DNA of 40,406 bases, from the NCBI GenBank assembly GCA_011109175.1, contig RDEW01000012.1:660184-700589 (forward strand), given 5' to 3'. Under the pieces are notes generated by a model, which saw only the letters and a program-made list of their open reading frames with translations, had not been told where the DNA came from and did no database searches. Each line of letters opens with the position of its first letter. Positions within the stretch are counted from its first letter, which is position 1. The position numbers and the translations under genes are program-made. Source of the stretch: Dicyema japonicum (Eukaryota; Animalia; Dicyemida). Of the stretch, positions 21,436-33,030 are shown piece by piece.

Positions 21436-22943
21436 AGAATAGGGACATATACCATTTGTCTTATCATATTTCGGCGCTTAATAACAAATGCGACGACTCC
21501 GATGATTGTAAATGTTATAACAGTGAGTGTAAATCCTATAATTATATACATTTTTAAATGATTAGAAAGTGTATTTTTTCTATGAGAATTTATTTCATAA
21601 CACTTCGATACTAAATTCGGAAAAAATCAAACCTTTTCCAATATAACTGAATTTAGAATTATCCTGAAGAATTTGTACCTTAAATTGTGAAAATCCAGCA
21701 TATAAATTATCAGAAAATTTAGTGAGAGACAAATCGAATTTACAAGAATTTCTAACTTCAATCAATTTGTAATTAGTAGGACTCCAAGACCCATTATAGA
21801 TTTTATCGATGATTAACTGAATTTTGGACATATAATATTTGTTTTGAGACAAAATAAATGTAAAATGTATTTCTAAATATCCCAGCTCAAGTGATAACTC
21901 AACACTATTTTTATCAAAATTAATCTTCGTTTCAAAATTTAAATGTAAAATGTATTTCTAAATATCCCAGCTCAAGAGATAACTCAACACTATTTTTATC
22001 AAAATTAATCTTCGTTTCAAAATTCTCGAAAAAAATTGAGAAATCATTAATCTAATATTAAATTATACAATTTACTAATTTAACTTCGTTATTATAGAAA
22101 TATGTGACTATTAAATGCCCACTTAATATAGCTTTCAGTCGATTTTTCGCAATAAAATACCAATATCGAACATTTGAATCGTTTGATGGATCACAGTCAT
22201 GTGCTGAATAAAACTATCTCAAACCTTTCCCAATAAAATGTGAATATGAGTGATTAGTGTAAAATTCTATTGCCGATGAATATAATGTGAGAATATTACC
22301 ATTCTCAAAAAATACGGATATATATCCGCATCTGTAATAATCTCCATGTTTAATATTCGGAAGATATGTTGTATCTCAAACCTTTTCCAATAAAATGTGA
22401 ATATGAGTGATTAGTGTAAAATTTTATTGCCGAAGAATATAATGTGAGAATATTACCATTCTCAAAAAATACGGATCTATATCCGCATCTGTAATAATCT
22501 CCATGTTTAATATTCGGAAGATATGTTGTATTTGTATAAATTTCATTATCTTTATGTGTTAACTATTAAATAATAGAATTTAATTTTATTTTTATTGAGA
22601 TGTTGTAAAATTCGTCTGAGAATTCAATAAAAAATTGGTAGATCAAGATATTCATTTTGATTGTAAATGATAATTCATCATAAAAAGGGTCGGAAATACT
22701 TACAATTGAATTATCGTTTGTCTACCATTATTTTTTCTAAAATACATTTGTAATTGTACTTTTCAATAAACTTTTAAAATCTATTGACGTTCTATAAATA
22801 AAGTCGAAATTCGTTATTGAGGACTATCATTATTATTTCTAAAATACATTTGTAATTGTACTTTTCAATAAACTTTTAAAATCTATTGACGTTTTATAAA
22901 TAAATTCGAAATTCGTTATTGAGGACAAAAACATTAACAACAT
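21436..22943 (-). pseudogene. LAMP-like paralog 2, disrupted
   Basis: Colinear with 20146-21312. Intron 2 donor is mutated (GT to TT). Tandem duplications of 85 bp (21855), 157 bp (22215) and 102 bp (22722). The 3' end is cut at N 21435. Confidence 0.8.
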
Positions 22944-23090
22944 AAATTGGTAAAATGAACACGTCGATGTGTATAATTTAGGTCACTTGTTATATTGATG
23001 AATTTATTTTAATAATTTAAATAAATGATATTTATAATGATTTTATAATTATAATAATCTTATTTTCATTAATTCATTAATCAAGAGAGT

Positions 23091-23274
23091 CCTATGCCTT
23101 CCTGGCTGAATGTATCGTACCCTCTAATGAAGATTGCATTATGAAAACTATTCCGCTAAAGAATGAAGTGATGTCCGCGACGCCTATGCCTTCCTGGCTG
23201 AATGTATCGTACCCTCTAATGAAGATTGCATTATGAAAACTATTCCGCTAAAGAATGAAGTGATGTCCGCGACG
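23091..23274. repeat. 92-bp tandem duplication
   Basis: 23091-23182 is repeated at 23183-23274. Confidence 0.95.
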
Positions 23275-23548
23275 GTAGGACGTGGGACAAAAAATGGAAG
23301 AGGGCGGACCTACTTCACACCTATCTTTGGAAACAAAGGCCTGTAATGAAATATTGGAAGTGTTGCAAAAAAAAGAACTCCAAGAAAAGACCTCGATCAC
23401 AGATGGATGTAATCTTTTGAATTCTTTTATTTGCGCCGATGTGTGCCGATACAATCAACCAGACTCCATTAATTAAAATTCATTATCTGCTTCGTCACGT
23501 GGGTAAGGAAGCTTCATTTGATGTGAATTTGAGGTCAGAGAAAACTTT

Positions 23549-24220
23549 CTCGTTCGTTTGTCATCACATTCTATGCGAATGGGTCAGGTCTTCTCTATGA
23601 TGCTTCAACTGTCACATCAATGAACATTTAGCCTGGTTTTTTAAAAAAAGGAAAAAATGCCCCCATGTAGTGGTCATCATAATTTACCAGAATGCACACA
23701 TATTATAAGTCAGAGACAACCTTGATCGACTGGGGGATAAACTATTGGATGGTCGGTTATTTTAGAATCTCGTAAAGAAATGTGGAAATGCTTCCTTAGT
23801 TTGTAATTTAGGCAATGTTGTGAGAATATTCAGAGACGTCATAATGGGATAAAGATTATTGTTCTAAGATCGCTGGGTTAAAATGTCTTCAGTTAACTAA
23901 ATGAGAAGAGGAAGACTGATACTGGCGAGGACAAGCATTCTGTACTGGTCTCCCTATTAAAAATGGTGTCAGCTCATATTTTTGGGAGTTTTATCTAAGA
24001 TCGTTTTATAAAAAAACTGGTTGTAAGTCGACTGCCCCTAAGAGCGGGTACGTCGTGGTTTTTGTGTGTAGCCAGACTTCACAGCTTCTTCAAACGAAGC
24101 GAATTTCCGCTTATTCTCGAATAATTTTTGCATACAAGCCACTAGTCGCCCCAGAGTCAAATGGACCAACTGATACCTTCCTAGAATTTAAGTTAATCAC
24201 TGAGCAAAACGGAATTCTTT
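23549..24220 (+). repeat. About 670 bp block shared with 38914-39583; probable decayed TE of unresolved type
   Basis: Colinear match from tgtcatcacattc to gaattctt; flanks differ between copies. Confidence 0.85.
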
Positions 24221-24392
24221 GACCAGACAATTAGCAGCGTGGTAATCAAACCCACAGCCAATAGTGACTCAAGCAACAGTACTAGCTACTTTTTCTAGTC
24301 AAAAGTCTAAATTCTTCCTTATGATTATTTTACAGTTCGGAATTATAAGAATTAAGAATTTTTGTTAATTTTATTCGAAAAAATAGAACGTG

Positions 24393-24991
24393 TTAAATAT
24401 AGAATGTGGGAGATAGAGCTAGTTCAAATAATCTGTGTACTTTACTAAAGATCCTACCATATCCATTAGAAAAATTGTTGTAGGCAGAATTGCCTAAATA
24501 AGAAGTGTTTTCACTATTCTTATAACCAGTAATGGTGTAACAATCAATCTGAGAGTCATCCCAGAGATCTTTGATGGTGGAATAGCAGTCATCCTTCACC
24601 TTATTCTCTCCGTTGTCGATTAATCTTTTTTTCAAAAGATTTTCTAAAATAAAATGATTCCATAAACTGCAGCACAGCGAGTAATTTTTACCTTTGTGGT
24701 GGAGGGACTCCATTTGTTTCTGGAAAATTGAAATTTTATCATCAACGCTGTCCATCTTGCCATTCAAATAATAAATATAATCAATTGAGCCGTTTAAAAC
24801 GTCGAAGCGGGAATTTTAATATTCATAATGCTTACAACCATCAATGTATTTTCAGGGACAATACCTCGGAGATCATTGAAATAGGAATTGATTTCTCTTC
24901 TCCGATTTCTTTCACGTTCGTTATGGCGTTGTCTACGGCTCTCGTATTGGTCCTCCTCAAAGTTGTTCCAATCAAAATTGAATCCGTCCAT
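24393..24991 (-). CDS. bHLH-leucine zipper transcription factor, Max-like (about 192 aa if the 20-nt intron 24816-24835 is spliced)
   Basis: Exon 1 has RRQRHNERERNRRREINSYFNDLRGIVP (basic region and helix 1, H-E-R E-box residues). Exon 2 has NSRFDVLNGSIDYIYYL..DDKISIFQKQMESL (helix 2 and zipper). The two ORF-track ORFs are in different frames. Confidence 0.75.
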
Positions 24992-25351
24992 TCGAAAAAT
25001 GCTAAATAATTAAATTTATTATTTTTTGACGATTTTATTTATTTATATTTTAAATAAATTTATACAAAAAATAAAATTATATTTAATCTTTTCTAAAGTA
25101 TTCAAAAAAAATAAATAAATAAATTCATTCAAGAGTTTATGAGTAAGAAATATCAGTTTTTGGTAGACAAGAATATCCATGCCACGGCAAAGTGAGACCG
25201 AAGTGACCTCAGCACAGTGCGGTCGAAACAGTTCAACTTAACTACAAGAATGAGATTATTGATTTGTTTTACCACAAAAATGTGAATTAACCAAATAATT
25301 ACATAATTAGGAGCTGTTGTTAACATTTCTAGACAATTTGGGTAACAAGGG

Positions 25352-25505
25352 GCGTCTCCTGAGACAAATGGATCAATTGATGCCTCGACTAGGCACTAGG
25401 CGTCTCCTGAGACAAATGGATCAAATGATCCCTCGACTAGGCACTATGCGTCCCCTGAGACAAATGGATCAAATGATCTTTCGATTGCCACTATGCGTCT
25501 CCTGA
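25352..25505 (+). repeat. 48-bp minisatellite, about 3.2 units
   Basis: Unit gcgtctcctgagacaaatggatcaa(a/t)tgat(g/c)cctcgactaggcacta starts at 25352, 25400, 25448 and 25495. Confidence 0.92.
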
Positions 25506-26108
25506 ATGACTATCTTTATGTTTGTTCCTTGTCAGTTTAAAAAGTTAAAATTTATGAAGAAAATCAGAAAATAATTTAAATACTATGCAACAAAGCAGCC
25601 AAACCCATGCATTCATAGGGCACATGTTTTTGCTTGGTAAAAATGAAATTATAATAAAAAATATCAAACGAAAGTAAAAAGTCAAAGATAGCTGATAAAT
25701 AGGACAATTTCCGAGAGTGATTACTGTCAATTTCTACGCTAACAAAGAATCAACAATTTAAAGCCAAAGCAGTAATCCATCAAATTTCGATTGGCCTTCT
25801 TCAATGCAAAGAAACCCACTTACAACGTAATCCCGGGATCGGCGGGATTCTATTTTAACAAAATACAGGTACTAAACTCTCAGGAGCCTAGTGTTTCTGC
25901 TTCGAGAAGCAATAACTTAATCCCAACTAATATGTCGACCTCCCTGACTTTTTTTACATTGACTCTGACTAGGTGAAAAACCCGTCCTTATTCTACTTGG
26001 ACAAAATCACTTTGAGTTACAACTTCTATGAGGCGAAGGAGGAATCAACCGCCCCCTTCCCGACTTTCTCAAAAATGCTAGAACTGAGTAAATTTATTAA
26101 TAAATGTG

Positions 26109-26630
26109 TTAATTTTTGCGCATTTTTTTCCGCGACTTTTCCAAATCATTGGCTATTTTCTTGAGTATCTGGATGGACTCCTCGTATATCTTTACGTTGA
26201 CAAAGAAGACGTTGGGTCCCAACCGTTCGTAGATAGCCTCGTGGGAATTGAATTCTGAATTACTGGGCTTCTCGTTGGCCACAACGTAGATTAGGGGAGA
26301 GTCCTTTCTGAGGCTTCGTATCTTCATTTGTAGGTTGTACACGTGTTTGAAGGACCGTTGTTCATGTTGGTCAAACACGAGGATGAATGCGTCCGACTCC
26401 ACAATATTGATCCTCTCCATTGAAGGAAAGAAACAGCTCCCACCTGAGTCGATCACTTTAAGGTTGATTTCTTTCTTTAAAACTCTCATTTTGAGATTGT
26501 AACAGTTCTCTACAGTGGCTTTGTACGGTCTCTCTTGGTGAGGGAACATGATACTCTCTATGAAGGACGTCTTCCCAGTTAGAGGACTACCCATTATACA
26601 CAAACGTATCTGTTTCGGACAGTTCAGCAT
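26109..26630 (-). CDS. Ras-family small GTPase, Di-Ras/Rhes-like, divergent (173 aa, intronless)
   Basis: G1 GSPLTGKT and G2 YKATVEN. The G3 region DSGGSCFFPSMERINIVESDAFILVF resembles Di-Ras [26 protein letters not shown]. G4 and G5 are degenerate. Confidence 0.85.
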   Translation of the reverse strand: MLNCPKQIRLCIMGSPLTGKTSFIESIMFPHQERPYKATVENCYNLKMRVLKKEINLKVIDSGGSCFFPSMERINIVESDAFILVFDQHEQRSFKHVYNLQMKIRSLRKDSPLIYVVANEKPSNSEFNSHEAIYERLGPNVFFVNVKIYEESIQILKKIANDLEKSRKKMRKN

Positions 26631-27080
26631 TATTTTTAGTAAATCACCTGTTTTATATATTCACATTGATCGGTTCTATTAATAGGAACTGTGGAGGTCA
26701 TAACTTTTGTTGGCCCTTCTTTCATTTCGGGGACATTTCGTTTATAATATTTTGGCTGTTTGCTCGGGGGATAGCTTTAGTAAATGTTTCCATCTCCTCA
26801 AGGTGGATATGCCACCTTGTCCCCTAGACTTGTAAACATTGGAAATAAAAGCTGTGACATAAGGAGAAACGGATGCACGAATATGTGGGTTTGAATCCCA
26901 TCGGACTCCAATTGGATGAAATTAGAGAAGTCTGGTTTGGGGAGGAACAAGGTTATTATCTCGAATGTTCTTACAATAAGGAATTTGAGTTTTCAAGACG
27001 AATATCATCCACCCTACTTAAAATACGATGAGCTATCCAAACTCTAAGCTTTCCGTGAGTAGGGGTACCACGAGCATATG

Positions 27081-27297
27081 AGTTTTCAAAAAATAATTTC
27101 TTAAATTTTGTGGCCTAACATGATCGAAAGTCAAAAATGATAGATTTATAAAATATGGTTATAAAATAAATAAGTGAAGGAATCTAACAGTTTTCAAAAA
27201 AGTAATTTCTTAAATTTTGTGGCCTAACATGATCGAAAGTCAAAAATGATAGATTTATAAAATATGGTTATAAAATAAATAAGTGAAGGAATCTAAC
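27081..27297. repeat. 108/109-bp tandem duplication
   Basis: 27081-27188 is repeated at 27189-27297 with a small indel. Confidence 0.95.
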
Positions 27298-27500
27298 GTG
27301 GAAGATTGTTCAGGGTGTTTCAGAAGGAGATAACTAGTTACCTTAAAACAATAATAAGTTTGACGAATCAACACACTTGGTCATCTTAGGATCAATGCAC
27401 TTATGCACTTATTTAGTAATATAAGTCGATTTATACTAAATATAAATAAGCAATTTAAATAAACGTAATTAATATTATAAATAAATTTATAATATAAGAG

Positions 27501-28230
27501 AGGTTAAGTTCGTGGTGTCAAACTCATTTCGCTTCGAGGGCCGCATTTATAATAATTTCCCTTCAAGGGAAGATTAGTTCTGGTAAATAATTTTTTAAGA
27601 ATATATTTAATGAAAACCAAAAATAAGAAAAACTTATTTATTTAATCACCAATTTTGGTGAACGGTACTTCCAGAAGATTGACATCTTTTTTTGGATACA
27701 ATTTTGATATGACGGGCGCACCTATTCGTGTAGTTCCAAATTTTAATAAAGCGGATAAATTTTCATAAGTGAGTCTCGTTCTTTGAGCAGTTTTTGTCAA
27801 TTTCATAAATTAAAAATTTTAACATTTTATTATATCAGACAGCCCGTAATACTTAACACCGACAATGTCCAATGATTATGGATCGATTGTGTGAAATACA
27901 TTGTATATGTGGAAGACCTAGAGCCAATTGGATTCAGGGTCAAGTTGAAAGATTTTAATATATTAACTCAAAGTGTTGGATATCTGCAAAAACTTGAATA
28001 TATTTACGAGAAAAAACTTTTCTTTTCGTAGTGACTAATCTATGATACCATGACCAACCTCACGAGAAAGCTCGGTGTGGATACTGAAATGATTTAATTT
28101 GGACGATCCCTCTACCCTGTGGTACCAGTGTTAACTAAATTATAGCATCCAACAGTAACTTTAATTATGTCGGTTTTTTACGAAATAGGCATAAAAACAA
28201 ATGTGCTGATGAACCACACTCATTTAGAGT
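27501..28230 (+). repeat. Second copy of the 730-bp repeat (13256-13984)
   Basis: Direct colinear match. Confidence 0.92.
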
Positions 28231-29896
28231 AGAGTAGTAAGTTAAATGGATCTCCCAAAACTCTAGTCTTGTCTTCAATTATAGTCTAAAAAATTATGGA
28301 AGTCCGAGGATTTATAAACAGTTATAATTGGTAGACTTCGAACCTATAATTTCAGTTATCCACAGACAATCGACTTTATTAGTTCTACGAAAGTGAATGT
28401 CTCTGATTTCATTACACACAGTTACGGAATTTATGAGTACCAAAAGGCATTCGATAATTTGATTTCCTCAAATGAAATCAAAACAGTCATTAATTTATAG
28501 CAAGTTGATTTTACTTCATTTTCATTTTAATAAATTGAGTTCTTTAGTCACATCAACCTTACATTATCGACTAGTTTACCACGTGGTAAATTGTGTAATT
28601 GAACTGGTGATGGATCTCTGAGCTCTACCGCATAGCTCAAGTACATTTAATGCTATCATTTTTTTATTTTTGCATATAACTTTGTGCTCAATACTTAATG
28701 TTAATATTTTAATATTGAAATGTGCGCAATTAGCCAGCTCCATAAGCGATCTGCTACGGTTCAGCAGGGTCAGTGATCTGTTTTCAATGATTTTAGAATT
28801 TTCCAGGCGATTATTCAAAATGAACTTTACATAAAAACCTTTGTATTTCTTTTTCTTTAGAGTCTCAGCCTTTCCGAAGAAATTCCAAGTGAGTTTTCTT
28901 ATTGCAAGGTTGGATGTAGATAGGCTATACACGTTATTATTTTTTCACTTATCGCTATGTCATAGGACTTGACAAAGCATGTGCAACACGAGTTAAAAAA
29001 TCTTCCTCATATTCAAAGATGAAGTGTTTAAGATCCTCCTCACATCCAGGATGCCGTCGCATTTCTTTGAGGTTTTCGTCGAGAACGACTGGCAGTGTCG
29101 TCCTTCGGCGACCACGGAAACGGGGGGCTTCCAACATGAAGTAATCCTACATGGTTACGTTCGCAGGGGCATCTTGGTCTTTTTGCAAAATATGTCCGAA
29201 AAGCCTCCATCGTGTATCCAGAATTTCATATGAAATTTCAGGCCATACACATTTATATATTAAATAGTATAATTCATGCTCACTTATAAAAATATTAAAT
29301 CTAAAATACTTAATGTTAATATGTCACAGGCGCTACGCGTTACATAATGCTCAAATTTCCAATTTCATGCATTTTTTATAAAACGATACACATTTTTTTT
29401 CATTTATTATATTTAAAATTAATTTAAATATTTTTGGAAGGCGCAACTGTTTTTAAATTATAAATAGTATAATACAGGCGTGTTTTACAATCTTAAGTTG
29501 ATGGCTTTATCTTTCGTTAAAACAACCCAAGAATAAATTGATATAATGGAAGAAAAGGGGATCGTCGATCTAATGACAAGACAAAAAATACCAATTAACT
29601 CAAAAGTCAAAGAATTTTTTATCTATCAATCGGAGGTTTTACCTTAAAGACACAAATGGATACCACAAAATTGTCATTTTTTCTAATAATTAGTGGCCTC
29701 GCAAATTCATCAATTGATTTATTGTGGACACAACACATTGGAACAATATTGCAATGAAATGGGAAATTATTCGGAAAGTTGTGTCAGAATGTGATATTCC
29801 ATGTAAGAGCATTATGTAACTGCTTCAACGTCTAACAAATTCATAATAGTCCAAACAATCCAAGGAGTCAAAGGATCATCTAAGATGATTGTCCGA
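28231..29896. repeat. Inverted copy of 1460-3178 (contains CRE and RTE-like LINE remnants)
   Basis: Reverse-complement match; abuts the 730-bp repeat with no spacer. Confidence 0.92.
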
Positions 29897-29989
29897 GGAT
29901 AAGTGTTGTCTAAAAACATAAAGGAAGCAGTTGGAGTGGAATTATGTATGGAGTGGACGTGACGTTACTGGTAATTGATTCAATGCACG

Positions 29990-30318
29990 ACAATACAACG
30001 AGCGAAAATTCGACCAACTCGCACATATTGACGGGATCTTCCGTTCGACATTGGAGTGTATCTCCAACTTCCGGCTTGTGGAATACTCACGGAAGCAGGC
30101 CAAACTGGCAGTCAGACTCAGAAAACATGGAATCACAGCTCTATAGACATTTTTCTTAGTGTATATTTCTCGTCGCTAATTGGCTGTAACACCCTTGTCA
30201 AATACTCACGGAAGCAGGCCAAACTGGCAGTCAGACTCGGAAAACATGGAATCACAGCTCTATAGACATTTTTCTTTCTGTATATCTCTCGTCGCTAATT
30301 GGCTGTAACACCCTTGTC
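29990..30318 (+). mobile_element. Probable LINE 3' end with a 119-bp tandem duplication (30082-30318)
   Basis: FDQLAHIDGIFRSTLECISNFRLVEYSRKQAKLAVRLRKHGITAL* resembles the C-terminus of the 10262 LINE ORF (..MAQLIARTGIT*). The duplication is directly visible. Confidence 0.5.
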
Positions 30319-30764
30319 TAGAGGATTCTACACTCCATACCATGACGTCGTTCATGTGTATGAGGCCTTGTGCCGTACCTATTAGTTTTCCCAACCTTCC
30401 AGTATAATTACAAAGAAAAATAATTTTTACATGATCTTAATTTTAATTTAATAAAAAAAACTTTTTTCTCAATATCTTTTAAAGAAGTGTTTTCATCTCT
30501 GGGAAATACCCAATGAACCTCATTCCAAAATCGGCCAGATTATTCACGTAGTTTTTTTAGTTGGGACTTAACGTTAAAACTCTGGCAGAAGCACTTAACA
30601 TTTTTTTTATAAATAGTAAAAAATAATTTGTTAACAAAATTATTTTTGTTATTTATATACTTATATTTAAAGAAAGTTCTTGTCAATTATAATTGTAAGA
30701 AATTCAAAAATTTCATTAAAAATTTTTACTTTTAACGTTATTTTTTGGTCATGTTCAGGCTTAT

Positions 30765-31643
30765 TTGAAACGAACAATTGTACTCATGGTTGTGAAAAAA
30801 GGAAAGCCAAGGTCAAAAGCAGATAGTTATAGGCCAATTAGCCTAGTCTGCTCAATATCGAAAGTTATGGAAAAAATTGTTTTCAATCGTCTATCAAGGC
30901 ATGTTGAGGATAATAATTTTCTCTCTGATAATCAACTGGGATTTCGGAAATAAAAAAGGGACTGGAGATTGCTTTAAAGAGCTAAGATCTGCAATCGAAA
31001 TTTCACGAAATAAAAAGGAATTTCTTACAATAGCATGTTTGGATATAACAAAAGCGTTTGACAGTGTTTGGCACTTTGGANNNNNNNNNNNNNNNNNNNN
31101 NNNNNNNNNNNNNNNNNNNNNNNNNNNNNNNNNNNNNNNNNNNNNNNNNNNNNNNNNNNNNNNNNNNNNNNNNNNNNNNNNNNNNNNNNNNNNNNNNNNN
31201 NNNNNNNNNNNNNNNNNNNNNNNNNNNNNNNNNNNNNNNNNNNNNNNNNNNNNNNNNNNNNNNNNNNNNNGACTGGAGATTGCTTTAAAGAGCTAAGATC
31301 TGCAATCGAAATTTCACGAAATAAAAAGGAATTTCTTACAATAGCATGTTTGGATATAACAAAAACGTTTGACAGTGTTTGGCACTTTGGACTTCTTGAT
31401 ACGTTGTCAAAAGCAGAAATTGGGAAAACTGCGTTATTATGGATTGAAAACTTTCTTTCAAAAAGAATGTCAAATATACGTGTTGGAAATTTAATTTCAA
31501 AGAAAATTGAATTGCGAAGAGGAGTTACACAGGGTTCAATTCTCAGCCCGCTACTCTTCAATTGCGTAATGAGAGATTTGCCGAAAACAGAAAGCGTAAA
31601 TAGTCAAATGATTATTTATGCTGATGACATTCTTGTGCTTGAT
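30765..31643 (+). mobile_element. Jockey/I-like LINE reverse transcriptase, interrupted by gaps
   Basis: YRPISLVCSISKVMEK, QLGFR, LDITKAFDSVWH, GVTQGSILSPLLFN and IYADD. 30960-31080 is repeated after the 190-N gap. Confidence 0.92.
31081..31270. other. Assembly gap (190 N), probably a false gap (flanks overlap by about 120 bp)
   Basis: The sequence after the gap restarts at gactggagattgc, already present at 30960. Confidence 0.85.
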
Positions 31644-32491
31644 TNNNNNNNNNNNNNNNNNNNNNNNNNNNNNNNNNNNNNNNNNNNNNNNNNNNNNNNN
31701 NNNNNNNNNNNNNNNNNNNNNNNNNNNNNNNNNNNNNNNNNNNNNNNNNNNNNNNNNNNNNNNNNNNNNNNNNNNNNNNNNNNNNNNNNNNNNNNNNNNN
31801 NNNNNNNNNNNNNNNNNNNNNNNNNNNNNNNNNNNNNNNNNNNNNNNNNNNNNNNNNNNNNNNNNNNNNNNNNNNNNNNNNNNNNNNNNNNNNNNNNNNN
31901 NNNNNNNNNNNNNNNNNNNNNNNNNNNNNNNNNNNNNNNNNNNNNNNNNNNNNNNNNNNNNNNNNNNNNNNNNNNNNNNNNNNNNNNNNNNNNNNNNNNN
32001 NNNNNNNNNNNNNNNNNNNNNNNNNNNNNNNNNNNNNNNNNNNNNNNNNNNNNNNNNNNNNNNNNNNNNNNNNNNNNNNNNNNNNNNNNNNNNNNNNNNN
32101 NNNNNNNNNNNNNNNNNNNNNNNNNNNNNNNNNNNNNNNNNNNNNNNNNNNNNNNNNNNNNNNNNNNNNNNNNNNNNNNNNNNNNNNNNNNNNNNNNNNN
32201 NNNNNNNNNNNNNNNNNNNNNNNNNNNNNNNNNNNNNNNNNNNNNNNNNNNNNNNNNNNNNNNNNNNNNNNNNNNNNNNNNNNNNNNNNNNNNNNNNNNN
32301 NNNNNNNNNNNNNNNNNNNNNNNNNNNNNNNNNNNNNNNNNNNNNNNNNNNNNNNNNNNNNNNNNNNNNNNNNNNNNNNNNNNNNNNNNNNNNNNNNNNN
32401 NNNNNNNNNNNNNNNNNNNNNNNNNNNNNNNNNNNNNNNNNNNNNNNNNNNNNNNNNNNNNNNNNNNNNNNNNNNNNNNNNNNNNNNNNNN
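31644..32491. other. Assembly gap (848 N)
   Basis: Run of N. Confidence 1.
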
Positions 32492-33030
32492 GTACCCCAT
32501 GGGTCTCCACTTTCACCAATTATATTCAACTTATTCCTATACGACCTACCTAATGGTGGAGACGAAGATTCCCTGTTATTATCCTGGCAGACAATGGAGT
32601 CATTGCAAAACGGAACCGTCGACGCAAATAGCAGCCTTAAATACTGAGGCAAAATTGAGCATTCTACACGATTAGATCGTTGGCAATCGACTTACGATTT
32701 CTGCAACCAAGTCTATTTGTACCATTTTCGCTTCGCACCGTCATTCTAAGGAAGAACCGAGCATCTTTATTGGTGCCACTCGGATTACAGTCACAAGGTC
32801 CCCCACTGTCCTTGGAGTCAAGTACGACAGTGTAATCGATTTTAACTCCCAAGCAAAAGATATGATCACCAGGGGCCTCCAGAAAATTAACGTTTTACGC
32901 GCCCTTGTCCGGAGGACCCCGAGGAATATGGACTTTTCTGTTTTACCCTCTGCCAACTAACAATCGCGGCAGCCATTGTGTATGCCTTCGTTGCATGGCG
33001 ATTTGGGCTATCGGAGACTATAGTCTACAG
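32492..33030 (+). mobile_element. Second LINE (RT motifs 4-7 to 3' region), split by the hAT insertion and continuing at 35498-35870
   Basis: VPHGSPLSPIIFNLFLYDLP, then TRSPTVLGVKYDS as in 10126. Continues across the hAT TSD. Confidence 0.85.

Larger units (their letters stand above)
14658..23048 (+). repeat. Segmental duplication, paralogous to 33031-38338
   Basis: Colinear order of hAT, LINE 3' end, CRE remnant and LAMP-like gene. This copy has extra insertions (R4 LINE, SINE, second LAMP-like copy). Confidence 0.9.

Noticed and set aside
21345-21436. Real hAT-mediated tandem duplication of the LAMP-like gene
   Set aside because: The junction coincides with an N and an exact copy of 14836-14925. 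It cannot be distinguished from a scaffolding artefact without reads.
23282-23476. 64-aa ORF after the 92-bp duplication
   Set aside because: No recognisable domain; too short to call.
23700-24100. hAT dimerisation-domain remnant on the minus strand (YPIMTSLNILTTLP)
   Set aside because: The resemblance is weak with many stops; retained only as an unassigned repeat.
25352-25505. CRISPR-like array
   Set aside because: Units are contiguous with no unique spacers, there are no cas genes, and the context is eukaryotic. It is a minisatellite.
25730-26100. Short plus-strand ORFs downstream of the GTPase (25791..25976, 25973..26164)
   Set aside because: No recognisable motif and no consistent spliced model; likely decayed sequence or 3' UTR antisense.
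26860-27075. tRNA or SINE head near gtgggtttgaatcccatcggactcca
   Set aside because: Only a B-box-like motif is present, with no convincing A box, cloverleaf or TSD. It may be a very old SINE but cannot be supported.
30765-33030. One continuous LINE RT across the 848-N gap
   Set aside because: The QGSxLSP motif occurs on both sides of the gap with different sequence, so these are two elements.
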